Notes: generated by a model not told the origin, from the letters alone. 64,000 bases of DNA from Candidatus Cloacimonadota bacterium (GCA_049903315.1 JBNGBT010000001.1:384001-448000), one strand, 5' to 3'. Numbered from the stretch's first letter, positions 7,158-20,184 are shown. Numbers and translations: made by a program.

Positions 7158-9653
7158 CTAGTTTAAGGTTAGCATAACCATCTTCCTCACCACCGCATGT
7201 CCATTGTATTCCAATTTGTATAAATACGTCCCTGGTGCGACCTGTCTGCCCTGCCCGTCCGTGCCGTCCCACACAATTTCTGTTCTCACCCAAAAATCAT
7301 CTTTGTTCCCTTCATATCTTCTCACAAGCTGACCTTTTGTATTGTATATGGAAAGCGTATATTCCTTTATCCTTTCATAATCCGCTGAGATGAAAGATAT
7401 TGTGGTGGATTCCTTAAAAGGATTAGGTTTATTTTGGAATAAATACAAATTATGAATAAAACTGGTATCCGGTTCATCTACACCATATCCTTGATACTCA
7501 TAAGCACCAATGTCTATTCTTCCATTAAATATTCTTTGATTACCCGCTAAGTCCGTTGCTGGAAGATGCAGCCCTGTTGTGTCCGGTGTGCCGGCGTCGA
7601 CGCATGGTGAGTTTTTTGACAACTCATAACTGTAGGGATCGCCGCCAACAAAAAGGGGATCTTCATCTATGTTTCCCTCTCCCCAAATAATGGTTCCGTT
7701 GTTATTTGTATTTATACCATTAATGCTGTCTTTGATGTTCGTATAGGAAATAGTAACAGAGTTTGGATCTCCGTTAGATAAAAAACAAATTTCCTTTTGG
7801 GAATTGTTCCTCAAAATACAATTTATTATTGTAAGGTTCGTATTCCATAATTGTCGGATTGTCCCCTCCGAGCAATCGGAGTTGTCACATATTGTACAAT
7901 TTATTAAAGTAGGTCCCTCGTCGGAAGATCCGTTATAGATATGAATTCCACTTGTTTGGGAATCAGTATTATTAATAATTTGTGTATTTATTAATACGGG
8001 ATTGGATTGAGCAGTAAATCCCATAGCACCAGCTCCTGTTCCCTCAGGATCAATAACATTATCCCGTATGACACAATTAACAAATACTGGATCACTATTT
8101 TCATATATTGAAACCGGCTCGTCTTGTAATAATACAGAAGGATCACCAAATATTTTTACGTTCTCAAATATCGGACTGCAATTATCCAAACAAATAATAC
8201 TTGATCCTATCTCTGCTAAATTATCTTTTAATGTAATATTTTTAAATATAGGACTAGAATCATAACCAATATAAATACCACCACCAGAATATGAATTACC
8301 ATTCTGTATCGTTAAATTTTCTACATTAATATGATCATCATTCCAAACAAAGGTCAAAATATTAGATAAATCACCTCCATCGAGAATTGTATTATCCTCA
8401 TCTTCTCCAATAATTGAAACATAACTACGACAATTTAATGGGAATACCTCATCGGTCAGAGATGATGAATATGTGCCATTTTCCAGATGTATTGTATTAG
8501 GATTGGTGTTGTCGGGTTTAATTTTTGATAAAGCAAAGGATATGTTTTTTAAAGGATCACTATACGTTAAGCCACTATTATTGTTATTACCTACAGGACT
8601 TACATACAAATCATGATTAACAGGTTCTATCTTATAGTTAAGTATATCAAAAGTAAAGCTATCCATGGGATAAACAAAGTAATCATCGGGTACACTAACA
8701 GTAAATGTGTCTAGAACAATATCCATCGTGTTACAATCTATGGATCGAATATCGCAACCGATCCCAGCATAATTTAAAAATATACTGCATCTGTGATCAT
8801 TATTAAAGATTGCAGAAGCATTATCCCAAAAATATATACCTCCTCCGTTATATTGAGCACTATTGTTTTTAATATTTACATCAGACAGACAAACAATGGA
8901 TGTTTTACAGTATATACCACCTCCACTACCTGCTCTATTCCTTGATATAATACAATTTCTCACGTTCGGGTGACTATTATCACAGAAAATACCACCTCCT
9001 CTACTTGAGCTTCCATATGGCTTACCACTTCCATTCTCAATAGTATATCCACAGAGAACAGCGGTTGTATCCTCCCCGTTTTCGAAAGTCACAACACTTC
9101 CGTTTTGATTGCCATCAATTATAGTTCGATGGATAAACGAGTCTCCCAGTGTCGTAATGTATAAGCTCGCAACCGTTATGTTTTTACCATTATAATTTAT
9201 GTTCTCATAGTAGGTTCCGGGATAGACTAAAACTGTATCTCCATTGAGTGAGTTGTCTATTCCTTCCTGAATAGTCGTATAATCACCTATTCCGTTGATA
9301 TCGACAATGATTGTTGTTGGTTTCCAGGTGGGATTTACTTGAACGAAATGATTATTTGGTTTATTTGGAACATCACGAAGAATTTTTATGGTATATTCCC
9401 AGTCATTTCTGATTTGACCTCCTTCGTTTTGCCAGCCATTGAACGGATCAAACCAGAACACATGAAAATCATGAGAATAAACCGCTATGAGTCTTTCCTT
9501 TTCAATCAAATCAGCAAAGACAACCTCCGGTGCTTCACCGTCGGGTCCTATCCATGGAAAGGTCTGGGTGTAGATTACATATTTATCATTCGCAGATAAT
9601 GCATTTGCTAAAGCAATGAAAATTATCAATCCTAAAAGTACTATTCTTCTCAT
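7158..9653 (-). CDS. Secreted beta-helix (DUF1565/pectin-lyase-like) protein with C-terminal FlgD-Ig/T9SS-type sorting domain
   Basis: Signal peptide; YTTIQEGID...PGTYYENI; repeated GGGIYC; SPCVDAG...DIGAYE; C-terminus QNKPNPF...IYNTKGQLVR...WDGTD...PGTYLYKL. Confidence 0.8.
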   Translation of the reverse strand: MRRIVLLGLIIFIALANALSANDKYVIYTQTFPWIGPDGEAPEVVFADLIEKERLIAVYSHDFHVFWFDPFNGWQNEGGQIRNDWEYTIKILRDVPNKPNNHFVQVNPTWKPTTIIVDINGIGDYTTIQEGIDNSLNGDTVLVYPGTYYENINYNGKNITVASLYITTLGDSFIHRTIIDGNQNGSVVTFENGEDTTAVLCGYTIENGSGKPYGSSSRGGGIFCDNSHPNVRNCIISRNRAGSGGGIYCKTSIVCLSDVNIKNNSAQYNGGGIYFWDNASAIFNNDHRCSIFLNYAGIGCDIRSIDCNTMDIVLDTFTVSVPDDYFVYPMDSFTFDILNYKIEPVNHDLYVSPVGNNNNSGLTYSDPLKNISFALSKIKPDNTNPNTIHLENGTYSSSLTDEVFPLNCRSYVSIIGEDEDNTILDGGDLSNILTFVWNDDHINVENLTIQNGNSYSGGGIYIGYDSSPIFKNITLKDNLAEIGSSIICLDNCSPIFENVKIFGDPSVLLQDEPVSIYENSDPVFVNCVIRDNVIDPEGTGAGAMGFTAQSNPVLINTQIINNTDSQTSGIHIYNGSSDEGPTLINCTICDNSDCSEGTIRQLWNTNLTIINCILRNNSQKEICFLSNGDPNSVTISYTNIKDSINGINTNNNGTIIWGEGNIDEDPLFVGGDPYSYELSKNSPCVDAGTPDTTGLHLPATDLAGNQRIFNGRIDIGAYEYQGYGVDEPDTSFIHNLYLFQNKPNPFKESTTISFISADYERIKEYTLSIYNTKGQLVRRYEGNKDDFWVRTEIVWDGTDGQGRQVAPGTYLYKLEYNGHAVVRKMVMLTLN

Positions 9654-10053
9654 ATCGCTTCCCTATATATAATAAAATATAATAGCTTTTCTATAAAAAG
9701 AAACTCCGTGTTTCAAACCTATTTTCTTCATTTTTACTCATTAGTTTTCTTATTGAGGATATTTTTTTTTGTCAAATTTATTTATTTTTGAATCATCATG
9801 AATCATTCATGACGGCATGTTTGAATAATGAATAATAAACATTGATTTATAATTTGTGAAGTTGAAAACCTTTCGAACGGTTGTTTCAGACGTCCTTCGC
9901 AATGGTTCGGTTGGGGCTGGACTTCATGATCCCGATGTGTCGGGAGATTGGAGTTCAGTACGATGATAGTAGCTTAGTGTTTAATACTGGATTCTTGTTT
10001 TTTGCAGGAAAAAAAATTTTTTATTATCGGAACACTCCACTCCCCTCGCTCTA

Positions 10054-13187
<3,134 letters not shown>

Positions 13188-13360
13188 ATATAAACCTTGA
13201 GCCCAATCATTGAGACCCTGAATCCTTGTCAAATTTTTCGACTGCTGATTTCAAACATGAGCAATATTGTACCTACTGAGTGAAATTCTTGACACCTGAA
13301 GAACCCCCCAAAAAAGAGAGATACATCCTTATTTATCAGGATGATTTTTTAGGAGGATAC

Positions 13361-14914
13361 ATGTCAGTATCAGTAGCTCCAGATGGAACTGTATTTTCAT
13401 TTCCAACTCCGGAAGAAGATAAAGTTGAGTTTGATATTCTGAAGAGACTATCAGAAGAAGAAAGAAAAAAAGGGAGAAAGATCGTTGTCGTTCAAGGGAT
13501 GGGATTCGTCGGTTCTGTAATGGCAGCAGTGGTTGCAGATGCAGAAGATAAAAACGGAGAACCAATGTATTTTGTACATGGCAACGACCTTGTATCACGC
13601 AGATCATATTGGAAAATCCCGGTCATTAATAGTGGCAAACCACCCGTGAACGCGGATGATCCGGAAATTCCGAAAATTTTTCCACGATGTGTGAAAGAGA
13701 AAAAAACTCTGCGTGCGACATGGCATCCCGGGGTGTTTACTTTTGCTGATATTGTTGTCGTGGATATCCAATTGGATGCTCAGAAACCCGTTCTCGGGCA
13801 AGCCGAGGAAGGATACTGTGACCTGAATGCTTTTAAACAGGGGATGAGAACGATTGGGAGAAGTATCAAGCCCGAATGCCTTATACTGATTGAAACGACC
13901 GTTCCTCCGGGCACTTCTGAGAAAATAGTAAAGCCGGTTCTCGAAGAAGAGTTTACAAAACGAGGAATTGATACAGATAAATATCCTCCAATGATAGCTC
14001 ATTCCTATGAACGCGTGATGCCCGGCTCAAAATATGTCAGCTCTATACGAGATTACTGGAGAACATTTTCCGGTATCAACGAAAAGGCGGCTGATCTTGC
14101 TGAGGAATTCCTCACAAATGTACTCAACACTGAGAATTTTCCAATTTGCAGGTTGGGTCATACCAATGCATCAGAAATGGCAAAGGTGCTAGAAAATTCT
14201 TATCGTGCAGCCAATATTGCCTTTATGTTCGAGTGGGCAAAACTCGCTGAAAATATCGGAGTAAATCTGTTTGATGTGATAAAATCAATCAAAGTCCGTA
14301 AGGGTACTCATGATAATATGCTACGCCCAAGTTTGGGAGTCGGTGGCTATTGCCTGACAAAGGATCCGGTACTTGCCAACTGGGCAGCGGAAGCATTGTT
14401 TGGTTTGGAAGATAAACTTCCAATGGCTGTAAGTGCCGTAAATATAAATGATCTCATGCCCATGCACACGCTCGAGATAATTGAGGATGCATGTCCCTCT
14501 CTTCAGGATAAACGCATTGCAATTCTCGGAGTTTCCTACCTGCAAAATGTAGCTGATACTCGTCATTCCCCGACAAAATTGCTCTGGGAAAACCTTATGG
14601 AAAAAGATGCCATCATTTCTGTGCATGATCCTCTTGTCGAAGTGTGGCCCGAGCTTGGAGATATGAGAATTGAAAAGAAATTGAGCAAAACACTTTATGA
14701 TGCTGAAATCGTTGTATTTGCTGTCGGGCATAAACCATATAAAGCGCTCGCTCCTGAAGACGTAGTCGCAATGTGCGGAAGAAAACCCCTGATCGTTGAT
14801 TGCTCCAATTTCCTCATTGATAAAAAAATCCAGAAATATCTTGAGCTGGGGTGCAATGTGATTGGTGTTGGTAAAGGACACATTACACAGCTAAAAAAGA
14901 ATTTAAATAAATAA
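13361..14914 (+). CDS. UDP-glucose/GDP-mannose dehydrogenase family (nucleotide-sugar dehydrogenase)
   Basis: GMGFVG, ETTVPPG, AKVLENSYR, GVGGYCLTKDP, DTRHSP; AGGAGGA RBS before ATG 13361. Confidence 0.9.
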   Translation: MSVSVAPDGTVFSFPTPEEDKVEFDILKRLSEEERKKGRKIVVVQGMGFVGSVMAAVVADAEDKNGEPMYFVHGNDLVSRRSYWKIPVINSGKPPVNADDPEIPKIFPRCVKEKKTLRATWHPGVFTFADIVVVDIQLDAQKPVLGQAEEGYCDLNAFKQGMRTIGRSIKPECLILIETTVPPGTSEKIVKPVLEEEFTKRGIDTDKYPPMIAHSYERVMPGSKYVSSIRDYWRTFSGINEKAADLAEEFLTNVLNTENFPICRLGHTNASEMAKVLENSYRAANIAFMFEWAKLAENIGVNLFDVIKSIKVRKGTHDNMLRPSLGVGGYCLTKDPVLANWAAEALFGLEDKLPMAVSAVNINDLMPMHTLEIIEDACPSLQDKRIAILGVSYLQNVADTRHSPTKLLWENLMEKDAIISVHDPLVEVWPELGDMRIEKKLSKTLYDAEIVVFAVGHKPYKALAPEDVVAMCGRKPLIVDCSNFLIDKKIQKYLELGCNVIGVGKGHITQLKKNLNK

Positions 14915-14929
14915 TTTTCGGATAAAACA

Positions 14930-16999
14930 ATGTCAGATATTCATCGAATAAAAGAACATCCAATTCTTGAAATTATAGAGAAGAAATCTATTCCCTTTTA
15001 TTGGAATGATCAGAAACTCTTTGCTCAAGAAGGTGAAATGATTGCATCTGCGCTGATTGCGCATGGAATACATGTGTTCGGACATCATGTGAAAGATAAG
15101 AGTCCGCAGGGCATTTTTTGTGCGAATGGGCAATGTGCTCAATGTGCTGTCATCGCTAACGGAATTCCAGTGAAATCGTGCATGACACCTGTATCAGAAA
15201 ATATGATTGTGCGAAGCTGCGAAGGACTTCCCGAGTTACCCGAAGTTGATGGAATTCCATCATTTGATCCAGTCGTGGAGTATGAAACTGATGTACTTGT
15301 AATCGGGGGAGGACCATCAGGATTATCCGCAGCAATTGAACTTTCAAACTACAATGTGCCACTCATTTTGATTGATGATAAATCTGAATTGGGCGGAAAA
15401 CTAGTCCTTCAAACACATAAATTCTTTGGCTCTATAAAAGATTGTTATGCGGGGACTAGAGGAATCGATATTGCGAAGATATTATCTGATAAACTTTCAC
15501 AATATGAGACTGCTACAGTATGGACAGAAAGTACTGCCCTATATGTTTTCAGCGATAAAAAAGTAGGAGTTCTCAAAAATAATTCCTATATATTGATCAA
15601 ACCAAAGATCGTGTTGAATGCTGCTGGTGCAAGAGAGAAAATGCTGGTTTTCCCAGGTAATACATTACCGGGTGTGTATGGGGCAGGAGCATTTCAGACC
15701 CTTGTAAATCGGGACATGGTCGTTCCATCAAAAAGAATTGTAATAATTGGCGGAGGGAACGTCGGCTTGATCGCAGGATATCATGCTTTGCAGGCAGGAA
15801 TTCAAGTTGTAGGACTTGCAGAAGCTCTTCCTGAATGCGGTGGCTATAAAGTGCATAAAGACAAACTTCAGCGTTTAGGAGTGCCCATTTATACATCACA
15901 TACAATTCTTTCTGCGAATGGAAAAGACCGGGTTGAATCTGTTACTCTTGCAGGAGTTGACGAGAATTTTAAACCAATCTCGGGAACTGAAAAAACTATT
16001 GACTGTGATACGATCCTCATTGCAGTGGGGCTTAATCCAATCGATGAGTTCCACAAAGAAGCAGAAGAAGCCGGCATGAAAGTCTTTTCAACGGGAGATG
16101 CTGAAGAGATTGCAGAAGCATCATCAGCAATGTTCAATGGGAAAATAACCGGTATCAAAATTGCGAAAGCTTTGAATAAATCCTCAAAAAAGATTCCTGA
16201 AGAATGGAGTAAAAAAGCATTGATTTTAAAGAGTCCCCCAGAGAGAACTCTGCCATATATACTTCCCGAAGCAAATGAAGGTGTTTTTCCTGTTTTTCAC
16301 TGCGTCCAGGAAATTCCATGCAATCCCTGCACTTCAGTATGCCCTCTCAACCAGATTAAGATAAGCGACGAAAGTTTGCTTGGACTTCCCACATTCGAGG
16401 GCGAATGTACAGGCTGCATGAAATGCCTTACAGTTTGTCCAGCACTCGCTATCACTATGGTTGATTACAGAAGGGATTTACATCTTCCCACAGTATCTAT
16501 TCCTTATGAAATTGGGAATCATCCGATAGAAGCTGGGCAGGTAATCAATGTTGTTGACCTTGAAGGTGAATTCCTCGAAGAGCTCGCTGTGATTAATATT
16601 CGCAATACAAATACAAAAACTCAAATCATACAGGTGAAAGCTCCGTCTTACATCGCAAAAAAGATTGCAGGTGTGCGCATTCAAGAACCTTCAGTTTCAA
16701 ACGCATGGGAGAGTCCGCGATTGGATACAATTGATGATACAGTAATTGTTTGCCGATGCGAACGTGTCACAGCTGGTGAGATACGTAAATGGATTCGAAA
16801 AGGCATCACGGATATGAACCAGCTCAAGCAGTTGACAAGAGCTGGCATGGGCGCTTGTGGCGGCAAGACCTGTGAATCACTCATTTTAAGAATGTACAAG
16901 GAAGAAGGATATTCACTACAGGATATCACGTATAATACACGCCGTCCGCTCTACGTAGAAATGCCGCTCGAAATTCTTTCCAAAACTAAAGAGAAGTAG
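14930..16999 (+). CDS. Multidomain FAD/Fe-S oxidoreductase (2Fe-2S + pyridine-nucleotide-disulfide + 2x4Fe-4S + BFD), proline dehydrogenase/sarcosine oxidase alpha-like
   Basis: CANGQCAQC; GGGPSG; GGGNVG; CVQEIPCNPCTSVCP; CTGCMKCLTVCP; CRCE...GMGACGGKTC. Confidence 0.85.
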   Translation: MSDIHRIKEHPILEIIEKKSIPFYWNDQKLFAQEGEMIASALIAHGIHVFGHHVKDKSPQGIFCANGQCAQCAVIANGIPVKSCMTPVSENMIVRSCEGLPELPEVDGIPSFDPVVEYETDVLVIGGGPSGLSAAIELSNYNVPLILIDDKSELGGKLVLQTHKFFGSIKDCYAGTRGIDIAKILSDKLSQYETATVWTESTALYVFSDKKVGVLKNNSYILIKPKIVLNAAGAREKMLVFPGNTLPGVYGAGAFQTLVNRDMVVPSKRIVIIGGGNVGLIAGYHALQAGIQVVGLAEALPECGGYKVHKDKLQRLGVPIYTSHTILSANGKDRVESVTLAGVDENFKPISGTEKTIDCDTILIAVGLNPIDEFHKEAEEAGMKVFSTGDAEEIAEASSAMFNGKITGIKIAKALNKSSKKIPEEWSKKALILKSPPERTLPYILPEANEGVFPVFHCVQEIPCNPCTSVCPLNQIKISDESLLGLPTFEGECTGCMKCLTVCPALAITMVDYRRDLHLPTVSIPYEIGNHPIEAGQVINVVDLEGEFLEELAVINIRNTNTKTQIIQVKAPSYIAKKIAGVRIQEPSVSNAWESPRLDTIDDTVIVCRCERVTAGEIRKWIRKGITDMNQLKQLTRAGMGACGGKTCESLILRMYKEEGYSLQDITYNTRRPLYVEMPLEILSKTKEK

Positions 17000-17005
17000 G
17001 ATAGC

Positions 17006-18157
17006 ATGAATATGAATTTTGATATCATTGTTATTGGCGCAGGTTCGGTGGGAGTACCGATCGCTTTATATCTCGCTGAAAAGAAATTTTCTGTTCTTGT
17101 CATAGAAAGTCTGGCTTCTCCGGGACAGGGACAGAATAAGAAAGCAATTGGCGGAATTCGTGCGACACATTCCGATAAAGCAAAGATCCACATTTCTTTA
17201 GAGTCGATAGACATTTTTTCCACATGGAAAGAGATTTATGGAGATGATATCGAATGGCGGTCCAACGGCTATTCATTTCCTGCTTATACTGATGCGCACG
17301 AACAACTGCTCAAAGACCTTTTAAAAATTCAAAAAAGTTATGGGCTCAATATAGATTGGATATCTGCTGAAGAGTTCCTCAGAAAAGCACCAGGTGTCAA
17401 TCCCAGTGGTTTAAGAGGATCAACATTTTCTCCCGAAGACGGCAGTGCATCTCCATATCTTGCACTTAACTATTTTTATTTCAAAAGTATGGAATATGGT
17501 GCTTCTTATGTTTTTAAGGAAGAGGTTTCAGAAATCATTAAGGAGGGGGGCGGATATATTGTTAAGACAGATGCAGACAAATCCTATTCTACAAAATATA
17601 TAATCAATGCTGCTGGAAATGATGCGAAGCGAATAGGGGATATGCTCGGTTTAGATATCCCTGTAGTTCCTGATAGTCATGAGGGTGGAATTACTGATGC
17701 AGTTCAGCACTTTTTTGATCCAATGATCGTCGATCTCAGACCTGCAGAGAATTCAAAGAATTATTATTTTTATCAGCGACCAGAAGGACAGGTCATTTTC
17801 TGCATCACTCCCGAACCTCCAATTGTCGGCACGGATAGCAGGGCGACATCTGTTTTTCTTCCACAGGTGACTCAGAGGATGCTAGATCTCTTTCCTCGTA
17901 TGAAGAACTTAAAAGTACGCAGAACCTGGCGCGGACAATATCCTGCAACTCCTGATGGCTTTCCAATACTTGGAGAAACTAAACTTGAGGGATTTTATCT
18001 TGCTGTTGGAATGTGCGGACAGGGATTTATGCTTGGCCCCGGAATAGGAAAATTATTTGCTCGTTTACTCTCAAATTCCCTCTCTGATGACGACAATGAT
18101 AATCTGAAATCGTTAAGTTTATACAGAAATTTTGGTGCTGAAGAAAAGTTCAAATAG
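17006..18157 (+). CDS. FAD-dependent amino-acid oxidoreductase (DAO family; sarcosine oxidase/proline dehydrogenase beta-like)
   Basis: GAGSVG dinucleotide fold, EDGSASP, INAAG, TPDGFPILG, GQGFMLGPGIG. Confidence 0.88.
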   Translation: MNMNFDIIVIGAGSVGVPIALYLAEKKFSVLVIESLASPGQGQNKKAIGGIRATHSDKAKIHISLESIDIFSTWKEIYGDDIEWRSNGYSFPAYTDAHEQLLKDLLKIQKSYGLNIDWISAEEFLRKAPGVNPSGLRGSTFSPEDGSASPYLALNYFYFKSMEYGASYVFKEEVSEIIKEGGGYIVKTDADKSYSTKYIINAAGNDAKRIGDMLGLDIPVVPDSHEGGITDAVQHFFDPMIVDLRPAENSKNYYFYQRPEGQVIFCITPEPPIVGTDSRATSVFLPQVTQRMLDLFPRMKNLKVRRTWRGQYPATPDGFPILGETKLEGFYLAVGMCGQGFMLGPGIGKLFARLLSNSLSDDDNDNLKSLSLYRNFGAEEKFK

Positions 18158-18266
18158 CTCAATTTTCTATAGCAAAATTTGTGCCCAAAATCCTTCGCGC
18201 AAATGAGGGTTTTTCTCCTAACTTACAGTTATATAAGAAGTTCTAATTTCATTACGAAAAAAAATA

Positions 18267-18371
18267 TTATGCACCTTATCAAAAATTATCAAAAATTCGC
18301 AAATGGCACAATAGAAGGTAAATAGCAAATTTGTTTTTTTAAAATAACCGGTTATCCACAAGTTGTGCACA
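18267..18371. promoter_or_regulatory. Cluster of DnaA-box-like 9-mers
   Basis: Perfect TTATCCACA at 18352-18360; TTGTGCACA at 18363-18371; TTATGCACC at 18267-18275; TTATCAAAA at 18276-18284 and 18286-18294; AT-rich intergenic context. Confidence 0.5.
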
Positions 18372-18377
18372 GCAAAA

Positions 18378-20117
18378 TCAGCGGATAACAGCAAGTTTCA
18401 TCGTCGCTTTTGTGTCTCCGACTTTGAGTAGACAATAATAGATGCCGGAAGAGACATTTTCAGGAGTATAATTCACTTCAATCGTTCCATTATTTGTGCC
18501 ATCAATTGTTATTTCATCAATCAACTCACCCGCGAGATTGTAAATTGATATCTTGGCATCTGAATGATCCTTAATAGTAACAAGAAATTTTCCCTGAGTA
18601 TAAGTATTTGCATTAAAGGGATTTGGATAATATCTGAATATATTCCCTTTAGAAATATAATGGGATATAGTGGCAGATGAGGAATTCCCAAACTCGTCAT
18701 TCGCATGAAGTTGGAATTCATAATCACCGGTATCAAAAGAAGTTGAATAACTTGTCGCGTGAATAATAGACGAATCTTTGATTTCAGTAAAATTTGTGTC
18801 CAAACTTGCTTTGTAGTATAATCTATAAGAGAGATCAGTTGTAGCGACAACTTCCCAAGAAAAATTTACTATTTCACTTACTGAGGTAACGGAAAAATCT
18901 TTCATAATGGGTTTAGCAGAAAAATGGTCTATAAAGTAGCTAAGGAATCTATCCCATTCCGTAAGATCGTTGAAGTCTAAATTGTAATAAAGTTCCCAAT
19001 TGAAATAATAAAGAGTGGGGGGGAAATGGACACTCATTCTTCCAAGTTGCGGATAAAGAACATCCTGGTAAAGAGCACTGTAGGCAATAGTCATTGAATC
19101 TACCAGAGAAGCAATTTCTTCTGCTACAGTGTGCACATTTTTATTAAGAAAAGAAACTTCGTTGAAGAATTCCCAAAGATCTAAATTGTTTCCGCTTATG
19201 TGAAAGCAGTTGCTGTAAGCATCATGGTAAAGATCATTATAAATAGCTTCTGAGTAGTTTCTTGTAAATTCTCTCAGCTTGTTTAAATACACTGAATAAT
19301 TATTCATTTCAATAGCAGAAAATGATATAGTTGATCCCCATTGACAATTTGTTGTGTATGAGTTTATATATCGGTTTACGAGTTCCTCAGAAAGTTCGTA
19401 GGGAGAGCAAATAGGGTTATCCACCATATAATTAAAAAGTCCATACTGAGAACATGCAGTACCAGGTGCAGCTCCATACAATATACCATCAACAGGCACA
19501 GTAAATTCCGAGCCAGCGACAATATCACAATACTCATAAATTTCTGTAATTACTTCTGTGGTCTGCATAAGGCATGCATCAAAAACGAGAATATCGATTG
19601 GATAACCTATGGATGAAATTGCCTCTTTCAGTTCACCTTCTGCGACACTCATTCTATCACCAAAAAAAGAATCTGAGCAAATCCACTTTACCTCTTCCTC
19701 ATCTTTGGTCCAGCCATTTCCATGGTCCCATATGATGAGTATTCTTTTTTTTGAGGGGGCGTAATTAAAGCCCCAGTTTGCAAAACCTGCAAGTGTTTGC
19801 GGATCTGCGGAATTTATTTCACCGAGATCATCCAGCAGTATCGAGCCGATCGAATCAGGATTCGTATCATGTTGTATCAAATATCTTCTGCTTGTCGTGA
19901 AGTATGGGGGATAATTCGGATCATTTAATGGATCTACCTGTATGATAAAAGTTACAGAATCATTATTGGCGACTGCTTCCATCTCATTGATGTCCACAAA
20001 AGATTGTTGACTCAAGCTATTATCTGCTGCAATATAAACGAGAACTGTCCATTGGTTATCCGCAAATATTTGTATAGTAAGAATGGATAAGAAAATTACT
20101 AGTAAAAAACTTTTCAT
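18378..20117 (-). CDS. Clostripain-family (C11) cysteine peptidase with T9SS-type C-terminal domain
   Basis: Signal peptide; WTVLVYIAADNSL, DINEME, WDHGNGW (His), FDACLM (Cys), GSE; C-terminus YPNPFN...IYNLAGELI...SGIYY. Confidence 0.88.
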   Translation of the reverse strand: MKSFLLVIFLSILTIQIFADNQWTVLVYIAADNSLSQQSFVDINEMEAVANNDSVTFIIQVDPLNDPNYPPYFTTSRRYLIQHDTNPDSIGSILLDDLGEINSADPQTLAGFANWGFNYAPSKKRILIIWDHGNGWTKDEEEVKWICSDSFFGDRMSVAEGELKEAISSIGYPIDILVFDACLMQTTEVITEIYEYCDIVAGSEFTVPVDGILYGAAPGTACSQYGLFNYMVDNPICSPYELSEELVNRYINSYTTNCQWGSTISFSAIEMNNYSVYLNKLREFTRNYSEAIYNDLYHDAYSNCFHISGNNLDLWEFFNEVSFLNKNVHTVAEEIASLVDSMTIAYSALYQDVLYPQLGRMSVHFPPTLYYFNWELYYNLDFNDLTEWDRFLSYFIDHFSAKPIMKDFSVTSVSEIVNFSWEVVATTDLSYRLYYKASLDTNFTEIKDSSIIHATSYSTSFDTGDYEFQLHANDEFGNSSSATISHYISKGNIFRYYPNPFNANTYTQGKFLVTIKDHSDAKISIYNLAGELIDEITIDGTNNGTIEVNYTPENVSSGIYYCLLKVGDTKATMKLAVIR

Positions 20118-20184
20118 AGGGAATAATTAAATTAATAATATTTTAATGTCAAATACAATATTATTGATATTAAATTTACAATTA

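Noticed and set aside
9861..9900. Minus-strand AACCGTTCGAAAGG resembling part of a c-di-GMP-I riboswitch
   Set aside because: The rest of the consensus (GGGACGCAAAGC and the P3 receptor) is absent
20142..20173. AT-rich inverted repeat TTAATGTCAA...TTGATATTAA upstream of the clostripain gene
   Set aside because: Low complexity and includes the probable -35 hexamer; cannot be distinguished from chance
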